From Flavobacteriales bacterium (GTDB taxonomy: Bacteria; Bacteroidota; Bacteroidia; Flavobacteriales_G; NORP312), in NCBI GenBank assembly GCA_016763645.1, contig JAESTK010000154.1, positions 1-52,324 on the forward strand: 52,324 bases of DNA, read 5' to 3'. The translations under genes were made by a program, and so were the position numbers. The notes under the pieces are model-generated. The model was not told the origin of the DNA and did no database searches. It saw only the letters and a program-made list of their open reading frames with translations. This document shows positions 43,648 through 52,324 of this stretch, one piece after another. Each line of letters opens with the position of its first letter. The stretch's first letter is position 1.

Positions 43648-45236
43648 TATCGAGTCTTTTTTACATCTTTAATTGTAATTTTTGCGTTAGGAATTTCCAT
43701 ATCTGTATCGGCATCAAAAACAAAACCATCTAAGAAAAATCGCGGGGGGTCGTTTTTATAGGAGTAGAGCTTCAGACAATTTCCATGACCACATTCATGG
43801 CAGCTTTCTCTATCGGAAGAAAAGAAACCTGTTTTCGCGCCTGATGAGGATACGAAATAAGAATCTTCTCGACTAGAGTTGAATGGTTTGCCTATATTTT
43901 TGACGTTCATCCAACCGTATTGTTCATGCTTTTCTGAGTAGAAAATATCTTTCCCTCCGTAACCCAAGTGCCCTGAAGAACTGAAGTATAATTTTTTTCC
44001 GTTAGCTTGAATAAAAGGAGAAACTTCATCTTCTGGCGTGTTAATTTTGTCGCCCAAATTTTCCATTTCCGTTGGGTTTCCCCAGCGGTCGAGTTTACAA
44101 ACCCAAATATCCATTCCACCTTTACCGCCTTCCATATTACTAGAGAAATAAAGTTGCCTTCCATTAGATGATATACTTGGGTCAAGCGTTCGGTACCCTT
44201 CTTTATTGATCTCTTTTAATTTATAGGGCTCCATCCACTTTCCCTGAAATTTATTACTAGCGTATATAGCATATTCAGTTCCATCCCACCGCGAAAAGTA
44301 AATTCTGTCGCCTTTATGATTCATTGCGATAGTTGCTTCGTTGGCTGGGCTAGAAATGGCAGAAACTTTGTCGGGAGAGCTCCAGCTGCTTCCAGCGGAG
44401 GATGTGGTGTAAATATTATAGCTTTCGTTTTCATCAGTACTTTTTTGTAAAATGGTTGCTGAGGAAAAAGCAACTATTTCATCATTACCAAAATAGGACG
44501 CAGAAAAAACGGCTGTTCCGTTATTTATAACAGAGTCTAGTTTCGTAACTGTTACCCCCCTTACATTTCCATTATTTTTGAGAGAATAATTACAGCTTTT
44601 CATTTTTTGTTTAGCATGGTCTCTCATGTTAGTAGTATCATTTTCGGCAGAAAGGTTGGTGATAAAATCGGAAAATTGGTCCCTTGCTTCCTCGTATTTT
44701 TCGTTGCTCATCAGAATCTCTCCATATCGGAAAACGACATTAGGAAATTCGGGATGTGGAGATTTTACTGCCTTTTCGTACCAAATCTCGGCATGGTCAT
44801 AGTTGTAATCTAACCGATACGATTCGGCTAGTTTGTGATAGATGTAGGTCATCTCAATATCGATAATACCAAGCTCAATGTTGGTAGCTCCCGAAGAATC
44901 TTCGGTTATTTCGACTGTAGCAATTTGAATAGAGACTGTATCAACCGAGAGGGAATCTGTTGCTGTGGTGTCGGAATCGAGCGAATCAACTTTTTCCTCT
45001 TTTACACGATTGGAGTGTTTTAAATCGTATGGATGTACAATTTCTTCAATTCCGCTGTTGCTACCGGTTGCAATTTTTTTATAAAAATAGGCAGCCGAAG
45101 CGTAATTTTCTTTTTCATAATTTTCGTTACCAAGACGCAACAAATCGTCTCGCGTTTGTGAAAAAACAGTAGAAGAAACGAGCATGGTTAGAAAGAAAAC
45201 TAACCCAACTAATTTTTTTATCATAATCGAGGGCAT
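43635..45236 (-). CDS. N-terminal fragment of PorE-like protein: signal peptide, TPR, PD40 beta-propeller, half CRD
   Basis: Signal peptide (MIKKLVGLVFFLTMLVSSTVFSQ from the ATG at 45224). TPR-like helices. PD40 repeats (NGRQLYFSSNMEGGKGGMDIWVC, NGKKLYFSSSGHLGYGGKDIFYS). It ends inside a CRD-like domain (FLDGFVFDADTDMEIPNAKITIKDVKK). Confidence 0.75.
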   Translation of the reverse strand: MPSIMIKKLVGLVFFLTMLVSSTVFSQTRDDLLRLGNENYEKENYASAAYFYKKIATGSNSGIEEIVHPYDLKHSNRVKEEKVDSLDSDTTATDSLSVDTVSIQIATVEITEDSSGATNIELGIIDIEMTYIYHKLAESYRLDYNYDHAEIWYEKAVKSPHPEFPNVVFRYGEILMSNEKYEEARDQFSDFITNLSAENDTTNMRDHAKQKMKSCNYSLKNNGNVRGVTVTKLDSVINNGTAVFSASYFGNDEIVAFSSATILQKSTDENESYNIYTTSSAGSSWSSPDKVSAISSPANEATIAMNHKGDRIYFSRWDGTEYAIYASNKFQGKWMEPYKLKEINKEGYRTLDPSISSNGRQLYFSSNMEGGKGGMDIWVCKLDRWGNPTEMENLGDKINTPEDEVSPFIQANGKKLYFSSSGHLGYGGKDIFYSEKHEQYGWMNVKNIGKPFNSSREDSYFVSSSGAKTGFFSSDRESCHECGHGNCLKLYSYKNDPPRFFLDGFVFDADTDMEIPNAKITIKDVKKTRYCTK

Positions 45237-46219
45237 CCTTTTACAGGTTCAGGATTAAAGTTTTTCATGATATAGACTATCGACATTTCAAAACCACCTT
45301 TTCCGTTTGTAATTGCGCTTAAAGCGGAGGTGTTTACATCATATGTTACACGATAAACGAATTCACGATATTTTAATCCTAAATGGAATAGAAAAGCATC
45401 TTTGCTTCTCCATGTGTTTCCGTACATAATATAAGCGTCAGATTTTTTAAAATAGTAATAACCAAAAAGACTTGCAGTAAGCTCGTGTGCATTGGTTTGC
45501 TGCATAGCTAGCACATATCCACTAATTTGTATTTTCTGAGATAAATTATACTTAGCACCACCGTGGGCTAAATATCTTCTTGGTAATCTATTGTTACTTC
45601 CATAAAACGACTCTTTAGGTTGGGTAACATGAAAAATTGACCCCCCAATAAATGGATTAAGCCGACTAATATCACTAGAGAAGTAATAAATACCACCAAT
45701 GTTCATGTCGAACATAAACAAGCTTTGGTTAGTAAAAACTTCATCGCTCGGAATATCAGGGTTAAGTCCTCCACCATCTTGTGGCGTGTACTGAGAGCCA
45801 AAGGTCAATTTATCAACGTTTACACTTTTATGAATAAATCCAAATTGTATTCCAGGCACAAAATGATGATGTGGTCGATTCTTTAAAGCGTAATCGTAAG
45901 CAACAGAAGCTACTACATTCATGGCGTTGTAGTTTCCCATTCCTGCGCGGTTGTTTAAGATAAATCCACCGACTTTTAAGTTTTCAACTTTCTTAATTGG
46001 CTTATCGTAAGAAAGAGCGGTGGTAACAAAAGGTTTTGTTGCCAAGCTTCTCCACTGGTTACGGTAATGCAGGCTTATTCGATGATCTCCTTCAAAGGCT
46101 CCTGTCATTGCGGGATTAAGGTGCATTGGTGAGGCTTCAAATTGAGACAAGTGAAAATCTTGAGCAAATGAAAAATACCCAAGCCCTGTTAGAACAAGTA
46201 TGACGATGAGCTTTTTCAT
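45221..46219 (-). CDS. sprF: PorP/SprF-family T9SS outer-membrane protein
   Basis: Signature N-terminus AQDFHLSQFEASPMHLNPAMTGAFEGDHRISLHYRNQWRSL. 332-aa beta-barrel. The start overlaps the adhesin stop (TAATG). Confidence 0.9.
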   Translation of the reverse strand: MKKLIVILVLTGLGYFSFAQDFHLSQFEASPMHLNPAMTGAFEGDHRISLHYRNQWRSLATKPFVTTALSYDKPIKKVENLKVGGFILNNRAGMGNYNAMNVVASVAYDYALKNRPHHHFVPGIQFGFIHKSVNVDKLTFGSQYTPQDGGGLNPDIPSDEVFTNQSLFMFDMNIGGIYYFSSDISRLNPFIGGSIFHVTQPKESFYGSNNRLPRRYLAHGGAKYNLSQKIQISGYVLAMQQTNAHELTASLFGYYYFKKSDAYIMYGNTWRSKDAFLFHLGLKYREFVYRVTYDVNTSALSAITNGKGGFEMSIVYIMKNFNPEPVKGCPRL

Positions 46220-49200
46220 TATCTGAGTAGCGTTACATCGCCATGAACTTGTTTATATTCCTCACCATCGAGGCGAATGGCATCGAGAGTGAAAATATAG
46301 ACACCTACGGGTTGGTCAATGCCATCACGAGTTCCATCCCATCCTTCGCTTTGGTTTCGGGAAGTGAATATTAGCTCGCCCCAATTGTTATAAATTTTGA
46401 AGTCAAGAGATGTATATGGCCCTCCAAGCACATATATAACATCATTTTTCCCATTTTTATCAGGAGAAAATCCGCCAGGAACAATCGGGGTCATTACAAC
46501 AATAAGTTCGCCAGTCGCGGTGTCCGGACAGCCATATTGATTTTCAATAATTAGTGTGGTTACAAATAAACCCGTATCGGAATAGTTATATTCTGGATTT
46601 TGAGTAGTAGAGGTTCCTGTGCCATCGCCAAAATCCCAATCCCAAGTAACGGGGTTTATGGATTGGTCAGTATATTCTACGGTTTCGAATAATTCGACAA
46701 TTAATGGCGATATTGTAAATGCGGCTTCGGGAGAAGGGTTAACCGGCACCGCTTGTTTCAGCGTATCGACACATCCTTGTGGAGATTCTGCGATAAAAGT
46801 TACTGCGTAATTCCCTGAATTTGCGTAGAAATGATCTGGGTTTTGTTCTAGCGATTGAGCTCCGTCACCAAAATCCCATTCCCAATTAATAATAGTTACT
46901 CCGTTTACTTCAGAAATATCTGAAAACCGTGTTCCGTCTTCTAAACAGAGTCCCGAGAATTCGAAATTTGCGACAGGAAGTGAATAAGGTTTAATCGTTT
47001 GAATTGTCGTATCAACACATCCAGAATCAGAAGTTACGACTAATTGAATATCATACGAATTGTCATCGCTAAACGTAGTAGTTGGGTTTTGAGTTGTACT
47101 CGTTAATGTGTTTGCAAAATCCCAATCCCAACTAACGATCGCTCCGTTAGAAATTGACGAAGCATCGTTAAACACAATCGGTTGATTTACACAATTAAGC
47201 GTAAATGTAAAGTCTGCAACAGGATTTGGGTTCACTGAAGTTGTAATTATAATGGTGTCAACACACCCTGCGCCCGAAGTTACAGCAAGTGTTACAGTAT
47301 ATGTCCCGGGTCCTGGATAAATATTTGTTGGATTTTGGACTATACTGGTATCTCCATCGCCAAAATTCCACCACCAATTGGTGACCGAACCAATGTTTAC
47401 GAAAGAAGTATCGGTAAATTGAACAGAATCTACAAAACAGGCGGCTGTACTAATAAACCCAGCGGCAGGAGTTGGGTCAACATTTACAGGATTGATAAGG
47501 GTATCAACACAACCATAAGTAGAAGTTATGGTTAATGTAACATTGTATGAGCCACCTAATGGATAACTATACGTAGGGTTTTGAGTAGTGCTTGTATTTC
47601 CAGCCTCAAAATCCCAGAGCCAATTGGTTATTCCATCGGGAGATGTAGATTGATCGGTAAACTGTGTGGTGCTCAATGCACAAACTTGCGTTGAGGTAAA
47701 ATCGGCTGTTGGTAATTGAATAAAAGTAATTATCGATGTATCTGTTCTTGCTGCACAGGCTCCATTGTTTAATGAAGTAACCACTAGAATCACTTGACCA
47801 GAAGACAAGTCGTTTGTCCCAGGTAAGTAGTTTGTGCTTGTGTCACTTGCAGACGGCATGAAGTTGCCATCACCCAAAGTTGACCAAATTACAGAATCTG
47901 TTGTTACTGAGACAGCAACAGGAACAAGAGTTGGGTATGCGCAAACGGTGTCAACCACCGAAGCTGAAATTAGTAAAGGGTCTTGTATCGAATAAGTGAC
48001 CGAGTCCATTTTAGCAGCACATCCTCCATTTCCGGTTGTAGTAAGGTATAGTATAACGGAACCACTTGTTGTATCGGCTATGCTGAACAAATAATTAGCT
48101 GTTAGTAAAGAATCGTTAGGAGAGAATGTTCCACCTCCCGTAGTTGTCCATATTCCACCAAGGGCTATTGTAACAATTCCATTTAATTGAACGCTATCGG
48201 CACAAATGGTAGAATCATTTCCTGCAAAAACAGTAATAATATCTGCAGTATAAGTCAATTCCATAGTATCAATTGTGGCGGGGCAGATTCCGTTTCCAGT
48301 GGTGGTTAGAATAAGGAACACGGAGCCAGCAACGGTATCGGCAGGAGAAGGGAGGTATGTAGTGTTCATGTCTAACACGTCAATAAAGGAACCAGAGCCT
48401 GAAGATGTCCAATACGCACCTGTTGCAACACCAAAAGCACCGCTTAAAACGTAGTCAGGATTGGTTGCACAAACAGCATCATCTGGACCTGCGTTAGCTA
48501 CGGGAACAGGCGAAAAGGTGAGTTCTAAACTATCAATTGCAGGAGGGCATCCAGCGTTACCAGTAGTGGTTAAATACAGGATTACTGTTCCAGTAGCTGT
48601 ATCTGCATCGCTTGCAGTATAGGTTGTGGCTAGATCGCTAGCGTCAACAAATGTTCCTGTTCCAGAAGTTGTCCAATCACCCCCAGTAGCTATTTGAACT
48701 TGCCCGTTTAAGATAATGTCTGGAGAATCGGCACAAACATTTTGATTATTTCCAGCATCAACAGATGGTCCGGGGTCATAAATTATATCAACCGAATCGG
48801 TTGCCGCAGGACAAGATCCGTAGCTAAAACCAGTTAAAACTAAGGTAATCGATCCCGCAGCAACGTCACCGCCAGATGATACATAGTTTGGGGTTAAAGA
48901 GAAAGCATCAGGGTCGAAGGACCCTGTTCCTAATGTTGACCAACTAAAGGATGAGACAAACCCATTTCCGCTTCCGCTTAGTGGCTCACCAAGTAAATTG
49001 ATACAGTTAGTTATATCAGTACCAGCGTTAACTTGAGGCAACTCAACAAATACTATAGTCATGCTATCTGTAACCGTACCGCATGAAGCAGAATTTCCTG
49101 TTAGCACAAGGGTAACACTTCCCGCAGTAAAATCTGGTGAGTTTGGGGTATAATTAGTGTTCAATAACGAACTGTTATCAAAAAAACCTGTTCCTAACGT

Positions 49201-52200
49201 GCTCCAGAAAGTGCTAGAAGTATTTGCAGAACTTCCGTTGATTACTATAGCAGGGGTTAATGAACAAACGGTATCATCTATTCCTGCGTTGACAACAGGT
49301 GCTGCAATAAAGTCAAGTAACAATGAGTCAGATACAGCTTCACAGAAACCGTTTCCTGTGGAGGTTAAAATTAGATAAACCGCTCCTCCAGAGGGATCTG
49401 TAGTTGATGGGTAGTAGTCTGTGCTCAAAGAATTAGCATCACCGAAAGTACCCGTTCCTGAAGTTGTCCACGAACCACCTGTTGCAGTAATAACAGACCC
49501 GGTTAAGGGAACAGAAGCATCTGAAGCGCAAACGGTTTGATCTATTCCCGCATCAACCAGTACTCCCGGGTAATAATTTATTTGCATAGTGTCGTCAGCA
49601 AAAGCGCAACCGCCATATGTTGTTAAAACCAACAACACTGAATTGGCAGCAGTATCTGCTGAAGATAAAATATAAGTAGGGTTTAATATAGAATCTGAAG
49701 GAGTAAATGTTCCGCTACCCAAAGTTGACCAAACAGCCCCTGTTACATTGGCAACTGTTCCTAATAAATCTATACTAACTTGGCTTCGGCAAACGGTAGT
49801 ATCTAAACCAGCATCAACAATTGGCGGAAGTAAAATTGTAATGTTGATAACATCTACTGCCGCAGGACACCCTCCATTTCCTGTAGAAGTAATGGTCAGT
49901 GTAAATGCACCTGCGCTAATGTCAGACGTTCCAAATGCGTATGTTGGCGCTAAAGATGTTGTTGACGGGGTAAATGTTCCATCTCCTGAGGATGACCAAA
50001 TAACACCTGTTGCACCAACAACTTGACCAATTAAATCGACAGAAGCGGTTCCGTTACATACAGCGGTATCAACACCAGCGCTAACAAATGGGGTAACTGT
50101 AATCGCTATGGTGTCTGACACATCAATACACCCACCATAAGACGTAAGAACTAATTCGATGTAACCAGAAGCCCAATCAGCAGCAGTAAAAATATAATCC
50201 CCATTTAATGTGCTGTCGTTAGGAGAAAAACTACCTGTACCTGTTGTTGACCAAACACCTCCAGGAACATTTGTTACCGTTCCGTTTAGCGTAAGGGAGG
50301 ATGTGAAATTACAAATCGTAACATCATTTCCAGCAAAAACGGTAGGCATTGGTTTAAAATCTATAAGAATCGAATCAACAATAGGTACACAAAGCCCGTT
50401 TCCAGTTGATGTTAAAACAACGTAAAGGCTTCCATTTGCTATATCTGTTGGGGAAGGAGTATAGGTTGGGTTTAAAATATTGGGGTCGCTAAAAGCTCCT
50501 GTTCCACTAGAGGTTGTCCATGTTCCGCCTAGCGCGTTAATTACGGCTCCGTTTAGTTGAATGGGGTCTAAAACAGGACAAACCGTTGTATCTAATCCTG
50601 CATCCAAAATTGGAATAGGAGCAATTATAAAGTCAACCGTATCGTTTACGGGGTTACAGCCTCCATTTCCTGTTGAGGTAATGTAAATAGAAACACTTCC
50701 AGCAGTAATATCACTAGCGCTTGGTGTGTAAATGGCCGTAAGACTTGTTACGTCATCAAATGTTCCCGAACCTAAAGTAACCCAAACACCCCCAGAAGCT
50801 ATTGTAACCGAACCATTTAATGAGATGGTTGGATTGTCAACGCAAACAGTGTCGTCTGTGCCAGCACTGATAGAGGGGCTATCTGTTATGGTCAAATTCA
50901 TTGCATCAGCATCTGTCCCACAACTCCCATTCCCAGTAACCGTCATTGTTAAAACGGCTAAACCAGTAGTAGTATCGTTTGTTCCAAAAGTATAAGTAGG
51001 ATTGTCAATAGTAGTATCAACAAAAGTTCCGTCTCCGCCAGTTGTCCATAACACGTTTCCGTTTGCGGAAGTTGCACCAACAATAGTGTAATTGTTTTGG
51101 TCTTGGCAAATAATCCAATCGCCACTAGCATTTGCAATTGGGGCAGGAGTAATCGTTAAATTCATAATATCAGAGACGCTACCACAAGCTATGGTGCCAG
51201 TAACCGTCATGGTTAAATTGAACACACCGCCCAATAAATCATTCGTTCCAAACGAATAAATAGGATTATTTATAGTTGCATCAGTAAAAATTCCGTCTCC
51301 GCTTGAACTCCACAAAATTGTTCCATTTGAAGAACTAGCACCGGAAACAGTATAAGAAGTTTGGTCGGAACAGGTTTCAACATCCCCAGACGCATTAGCT
51401 GTTGGGGCAGGATCAACAGTAATTGTAACAGCCGAATTAGCCGTACATAAACTAGCATCAGTAACCGTGAGTAAATATACTTGAGTAACCGTAGTTGACG
51501 AAGTAGGGTTAGCAATCGTACCATTATCCAGTGAAGCTGCAGGACTCCAATTGTAAGCATAAGGCGAAGTACCCGAAGAGGCTGTCGGGCTGCCACCAAT
51601 AGCTAAAGATTGCCCATTACATATTGTGCTGCTCGTTCCAGCATCAGCCATAGGGATTGGATTTACCGAAATGGTAACCGCAGAAGTGGTAGTGCAAAAA
51701 TTAGCATCAGAAACGGTTAAGGTATAAACCTGAGTAACGGTAGTTGAAGAAGTAGGATTCGCAATTATACTATTATCTAAAGAAGCCGTAGGACTCCAAC
51801 TATAAGTATAAGGAGAAGTTCCGGAAGAAGCTGTTGGGCTACCACCAATAGCAAGAGATTGTCCATTACATATTGCACTGCTCGTTCCAGCATCCGCCAC
51901 AGGGATTGGATTTGCCGAAACAGTAACAGCCGAATTAGCCGTACATAAATTAGCATCCGTAACGGTAAGTAAATATACTTGAGTAACTGTGGTTGACGAA
52001 GTAGGGTAGGCAATCGTTCCATTATCCAAAGTAGTAGCAGGCGACCAATTGTAAGCATAAGGCGAAGTACCCGAAGAAGCTGTCGGGCTGCCACCAATGG
52101 CAATAGACTGTCCGTTACACATAGACTGATTAACTCCTGCATCCGCCACCGGAATTGGATTTACCGAAACGGTAACAGCCGAAGTAGCGGTACATAAATT

Positions 52201-52324
52201 AGCATCCGTAACGGTAAGTAAATATACTTGAGTAACTGTGGTTGACGAAGTAGGATTAGCAATCGTTCCATTATCGAGTGAAGCTGCAGGACTCCAATTA
52301 TAAGCATAAGGCGAAGTCCCCGAA
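46219..52324 (-). CDS. Giant cell-surface adhesin with T9SS type B (gliding-motility-associated, CHU_C-type) C-terminal domain; 5' end outside the window
   Basis: The frame is open to the window edge (more than 2030 codons). From the N-terminus there are three repeat classes. There are at least 3.7 copies of an 83-aa repeat, then 14 copies of a roughly 88-aa AG-x-D-x-x-x-C...GNG-x-C repeat. Five PKD domains follow (WDFGDG-type), and then the CTD GFSPDKNGKNDVIYV...IYNNWGELIF...GWDGT...GVYIFTL...GDVTLLR. Confidence 0.9.
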   Translation of the reverse strand, partial: SGTSPYAYNWSPAASLDNGTIANPTSSTTVTQVYLLTVTDANLCTATSAVTVSVNPIPVADAGVNQSMCNGQSIAIGGSPTASSGTSPYAYNWSPATTLDNGTIAYPTSSTTVTQVYLLTVTDANLCTANSAVTVSANPIPVADAGTSSAICNGQSLAIGGSPTASSGTSPYTYSWSPTASLDNSIIANPTSSTTVTQVYTLTVSDANFCTTTSAVTISVNPIPMADAGTSSTICNGQSLAIGGSPTASSGTSPYAYNWSPAASLDNGTIANPTSSTTVTQVYLLTVTDASLCTANSAVTITVDPAPTANASGDVETCSDQTSYTVSGASSSNGTILWSSSGDGIFTDATINNPIYSFGTNDLLGGVFNLTMTVTGTIACGSVSDIMNLTITPAPIANASGDWIICQDQNNYTIVGATSANGNVLWTTGGDGTFVDTTIDNPTYTFGTNDTTTGLAVLTMTVTGNGSCGTDADAMNLTITDSPSISAGTDDTVCVDNPTISLNGSVTIASGGVWVTLGSGTFDDVTSLTAIYTPSASDITAGSVSIYITSTGNGGCNPVNDTVDFIIAPIPILDAGLDTTVCPVLDPIQLNGAVINALGGTWTTSSGTGAFSDPNILNPTYTPSPTDIANGSLYVVLTSTGNGLCVPIVDSILIDFKPMPTVFAGNDVTICNFTSSLTLNGTVTNVPGGVWSTTGTGSFSPNDSTLNGDYIFTAADWASGYIELVLTSYGGCIDVSDTIAITVTPFVSAGVDTAVCNGTASVDLIGQVVGATGVIWSSSGDGTFTPSTTSLAPTYAFGTSDISAGAFTLTITSTGNGGCPAAVDVINITILLPPIVDAGLDTTVCRSQVSIDLLGTVANVTGAVWSTLGSGTFTPSDSILNPTYILSSADTAANSVLLVLTTYGGCAFADDTMQINYYPGVLVDAGIDQTVCASDASVPLTGSVITATGGSWTTSGTGTFGDANSLSTDYYPSTTDPSGGAVYLILTSTGNGFCEAVSDSLLLDFIAAPVVNAGIDDTVCSLTPAIVINGSSANTSSTFWSTLGTGFFDNSSLLNTNYTPNSPDFTAGSVTLVLTGNSASCGTVTDSMTIVFVELPQVNAGTDITNCINLLGEPLSGSGNGFVSSFSWSTLGTGSFDPDAFSLTPNYVSSGGDVAAGSITLVLTGFSYGSCPAATDSVDIIYDPGPSVDAGNNQNVCADSPDIILNGQVQIATGGDWTTSGTGTFVDASDLATTYTASDADTATGTVILYLTTTGNAGCPPAIDSLELTFSPVPVANAGPDDAVCATNPDYVLSGAFGVATGAYWTSSGSGSFIDVLDMNTTYLPSPADTVAGSVFLILTTTGNGICPATIDTMELTYTADIITVFAGNDSTICADSVQLNGIVTIALGGIWTTTGGGTFSPNDSLLTANYLFSIADTTSGSVILYLTTTGNGGCAAKMDSVTYSIQDPLLISASVVDTVCAYPTLVPVAVSVTTDSVIWSTLGDGNFMPSASDTSTNYLPGTNDLSSGQVILVVTSLNNGACAARTDTSIITFIQLPTADFTSTQVCALSTTQFTDQSTSPDGITNWLWDFEAGNTSTTQNPTYSYPLGGSYNVTLTITSTYGCVDTLINPVNVDPTPAAGFISTAACFVDSVQFTDTSFVNIGSVTNWWWNFGDGDTSIVQNPTNIYPGPGTYTVTLAVTSGAGCVDTIIITTSVNPNPVADFTFTLNCVNQPIVFNDASSISNGAIVSWDWDFANTLTSTTQNPTTTFSDDNSYDIQLVVTSDSGCVDTTIQTIKPYSLPVANFEFSGLCLEDGTRFSDISEVNGVTIINWEWDFGDGAQSLEQNPDHFYANSGNYAVTFIAESPQGCVDTLKQAVPVNPSPEAAFTISPLIVELFETVEYTDQSINPVTWDWDFGDGTGTSTTQNPEYNYSDTGLFVTTLIIENQYGCPDTATGELIVVMTPIVPGGFSPDKNGKNDVIYVLGGPYTSLDFKIYNNWGELIFTSRNQSEGWDGTRDGIDQPVGVYIFTLDAIRLDGEEYKQVHGDVTLLR
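46486..47706 (-). repeat. Five tandem PKD domains (protein-level repeats, about 80-83 aa each)
   Basis: Each unit contains F-T/S-D...W-x-W/F-D/N-F-G/A-D/N-G...QNP...Y...G-x-Y-x-V-x-L...GC-x-D-T. Confidence 0.8.
47707..51399 (-). repeat. Fourteen divergent repeats of about 88 aa inside the adhesin
   Basis: The repeats start at ANASGD, SAGTDD, DAGLDT, FAGNDV, SAGVDT, DAGIDQ, NAGIDD, NAGTDI, DAGNNQ, NAGPDD and similar. Each has two conserved Cys and a W-x-T/S-x-G-x-G-x-F core. Confidence 0.8.
51400..52324 (-). repeat. Near-identical 249-bp (83-aa) tandem repeats, continuing past the window edge
   Basis: Period 249 nt. For example, a 64-nt stretch starting at 51942 is identical to the one starting at 52191. 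Peptide unit: ADAGTSSxICNGQSLAIGGSPTASSGTSPYxYxWSP...VTQVYxLTVxDAxxCT...NPIP. Confidence 0.9.

Noticed and set aside
43656-43662. Confident call of dnaX-style programmed -1 frameshifting
   Set aside because: The heptamer is perfect, but I see no upstream SD-like element or downstream stem-loop. Two other breaks in the window share the one-base-short homopolymer signature. It is kept only as an alternative hypothesis under the PorE-like finding.
51270-52142. Two L/R-rich ORFs (51270-51599 and 51777-52142) on the minus strand
   Set aside because: They are alternative frames of the adhesin repeat region on the same strand. The low-complexity Leu/Arg translation is typical of off-frame reading of Thr/Ser/Gly-rich coding DNA.
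1-52324. Mobile elements, prophage or integrative island (including at tRNA-Cys)
   Set aside because: No transposase, integrase, recombinase or phage structural genes appear among the ORFs. I did not notice a direct repeat of the tRNA-Cys 3' end, although I could not search the window exhaustively by eye.

Overview
AT-rich chromosomal segment that looks like Bacteroidota, probably Flavobacteriia-like. Support for this: type IX secretion (T9SS) cargo with type A and type B C-terminal sorting domains, a PorP/SprF gene, a PorE-like gene, and TAnnTTTG -7 promoter boxes a few nt upstream of many start codons. I count about 45 protein genes and one tRNA-Cys(GCA). I saw no rRNA, CRISPR array, transposase, integrase or prophage genes. 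Most of the window is housekeeping: uvrC, topB, pepD, truA, an M1 aminopeptidase, trpS, hflX, fhs, an S41 peptidase, dCMP deaminase and an amidohydrolase pair. Accessory content lies in four places. (1) 39754-42262 is a compact three-gene secreted/outer-membrane module: a mini T9SS cargo, a small beta-barrel and a tail-fibre-like protein. The fibre-like protein has 20-aa repeats that are identical at protein level but scrambled at synonymous sites. I do not recognise it as a described system, and it is my best candidate for something new. (2) 42330-52324 is a giant type-B-CTD adhesin, then porP/sprF, a PorE-like gene and a small secreted protein, apparently one operon. The last two genes are each broken by a -1 frame change on an A6 run. 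(3) 20891-24178 holds a TerB-like ORF in frame with trpS behind a TAG, a lipoprotein/beta-barrel pair, and a minimal nucleotidyltransferase flanked by two paralogous small proteins. (4) 8982-9512 contains a decayed phosphatase gene remnant. Caveat: all three frame breaks I found (2668-2672, 42511-42516, 43657-43662) would be repaired by adding one base to a homopolymer. Sequencing error must therefore be excluded before any biological reading. All calls rest on reading the sequence and remembered family motifs. No searches were run.
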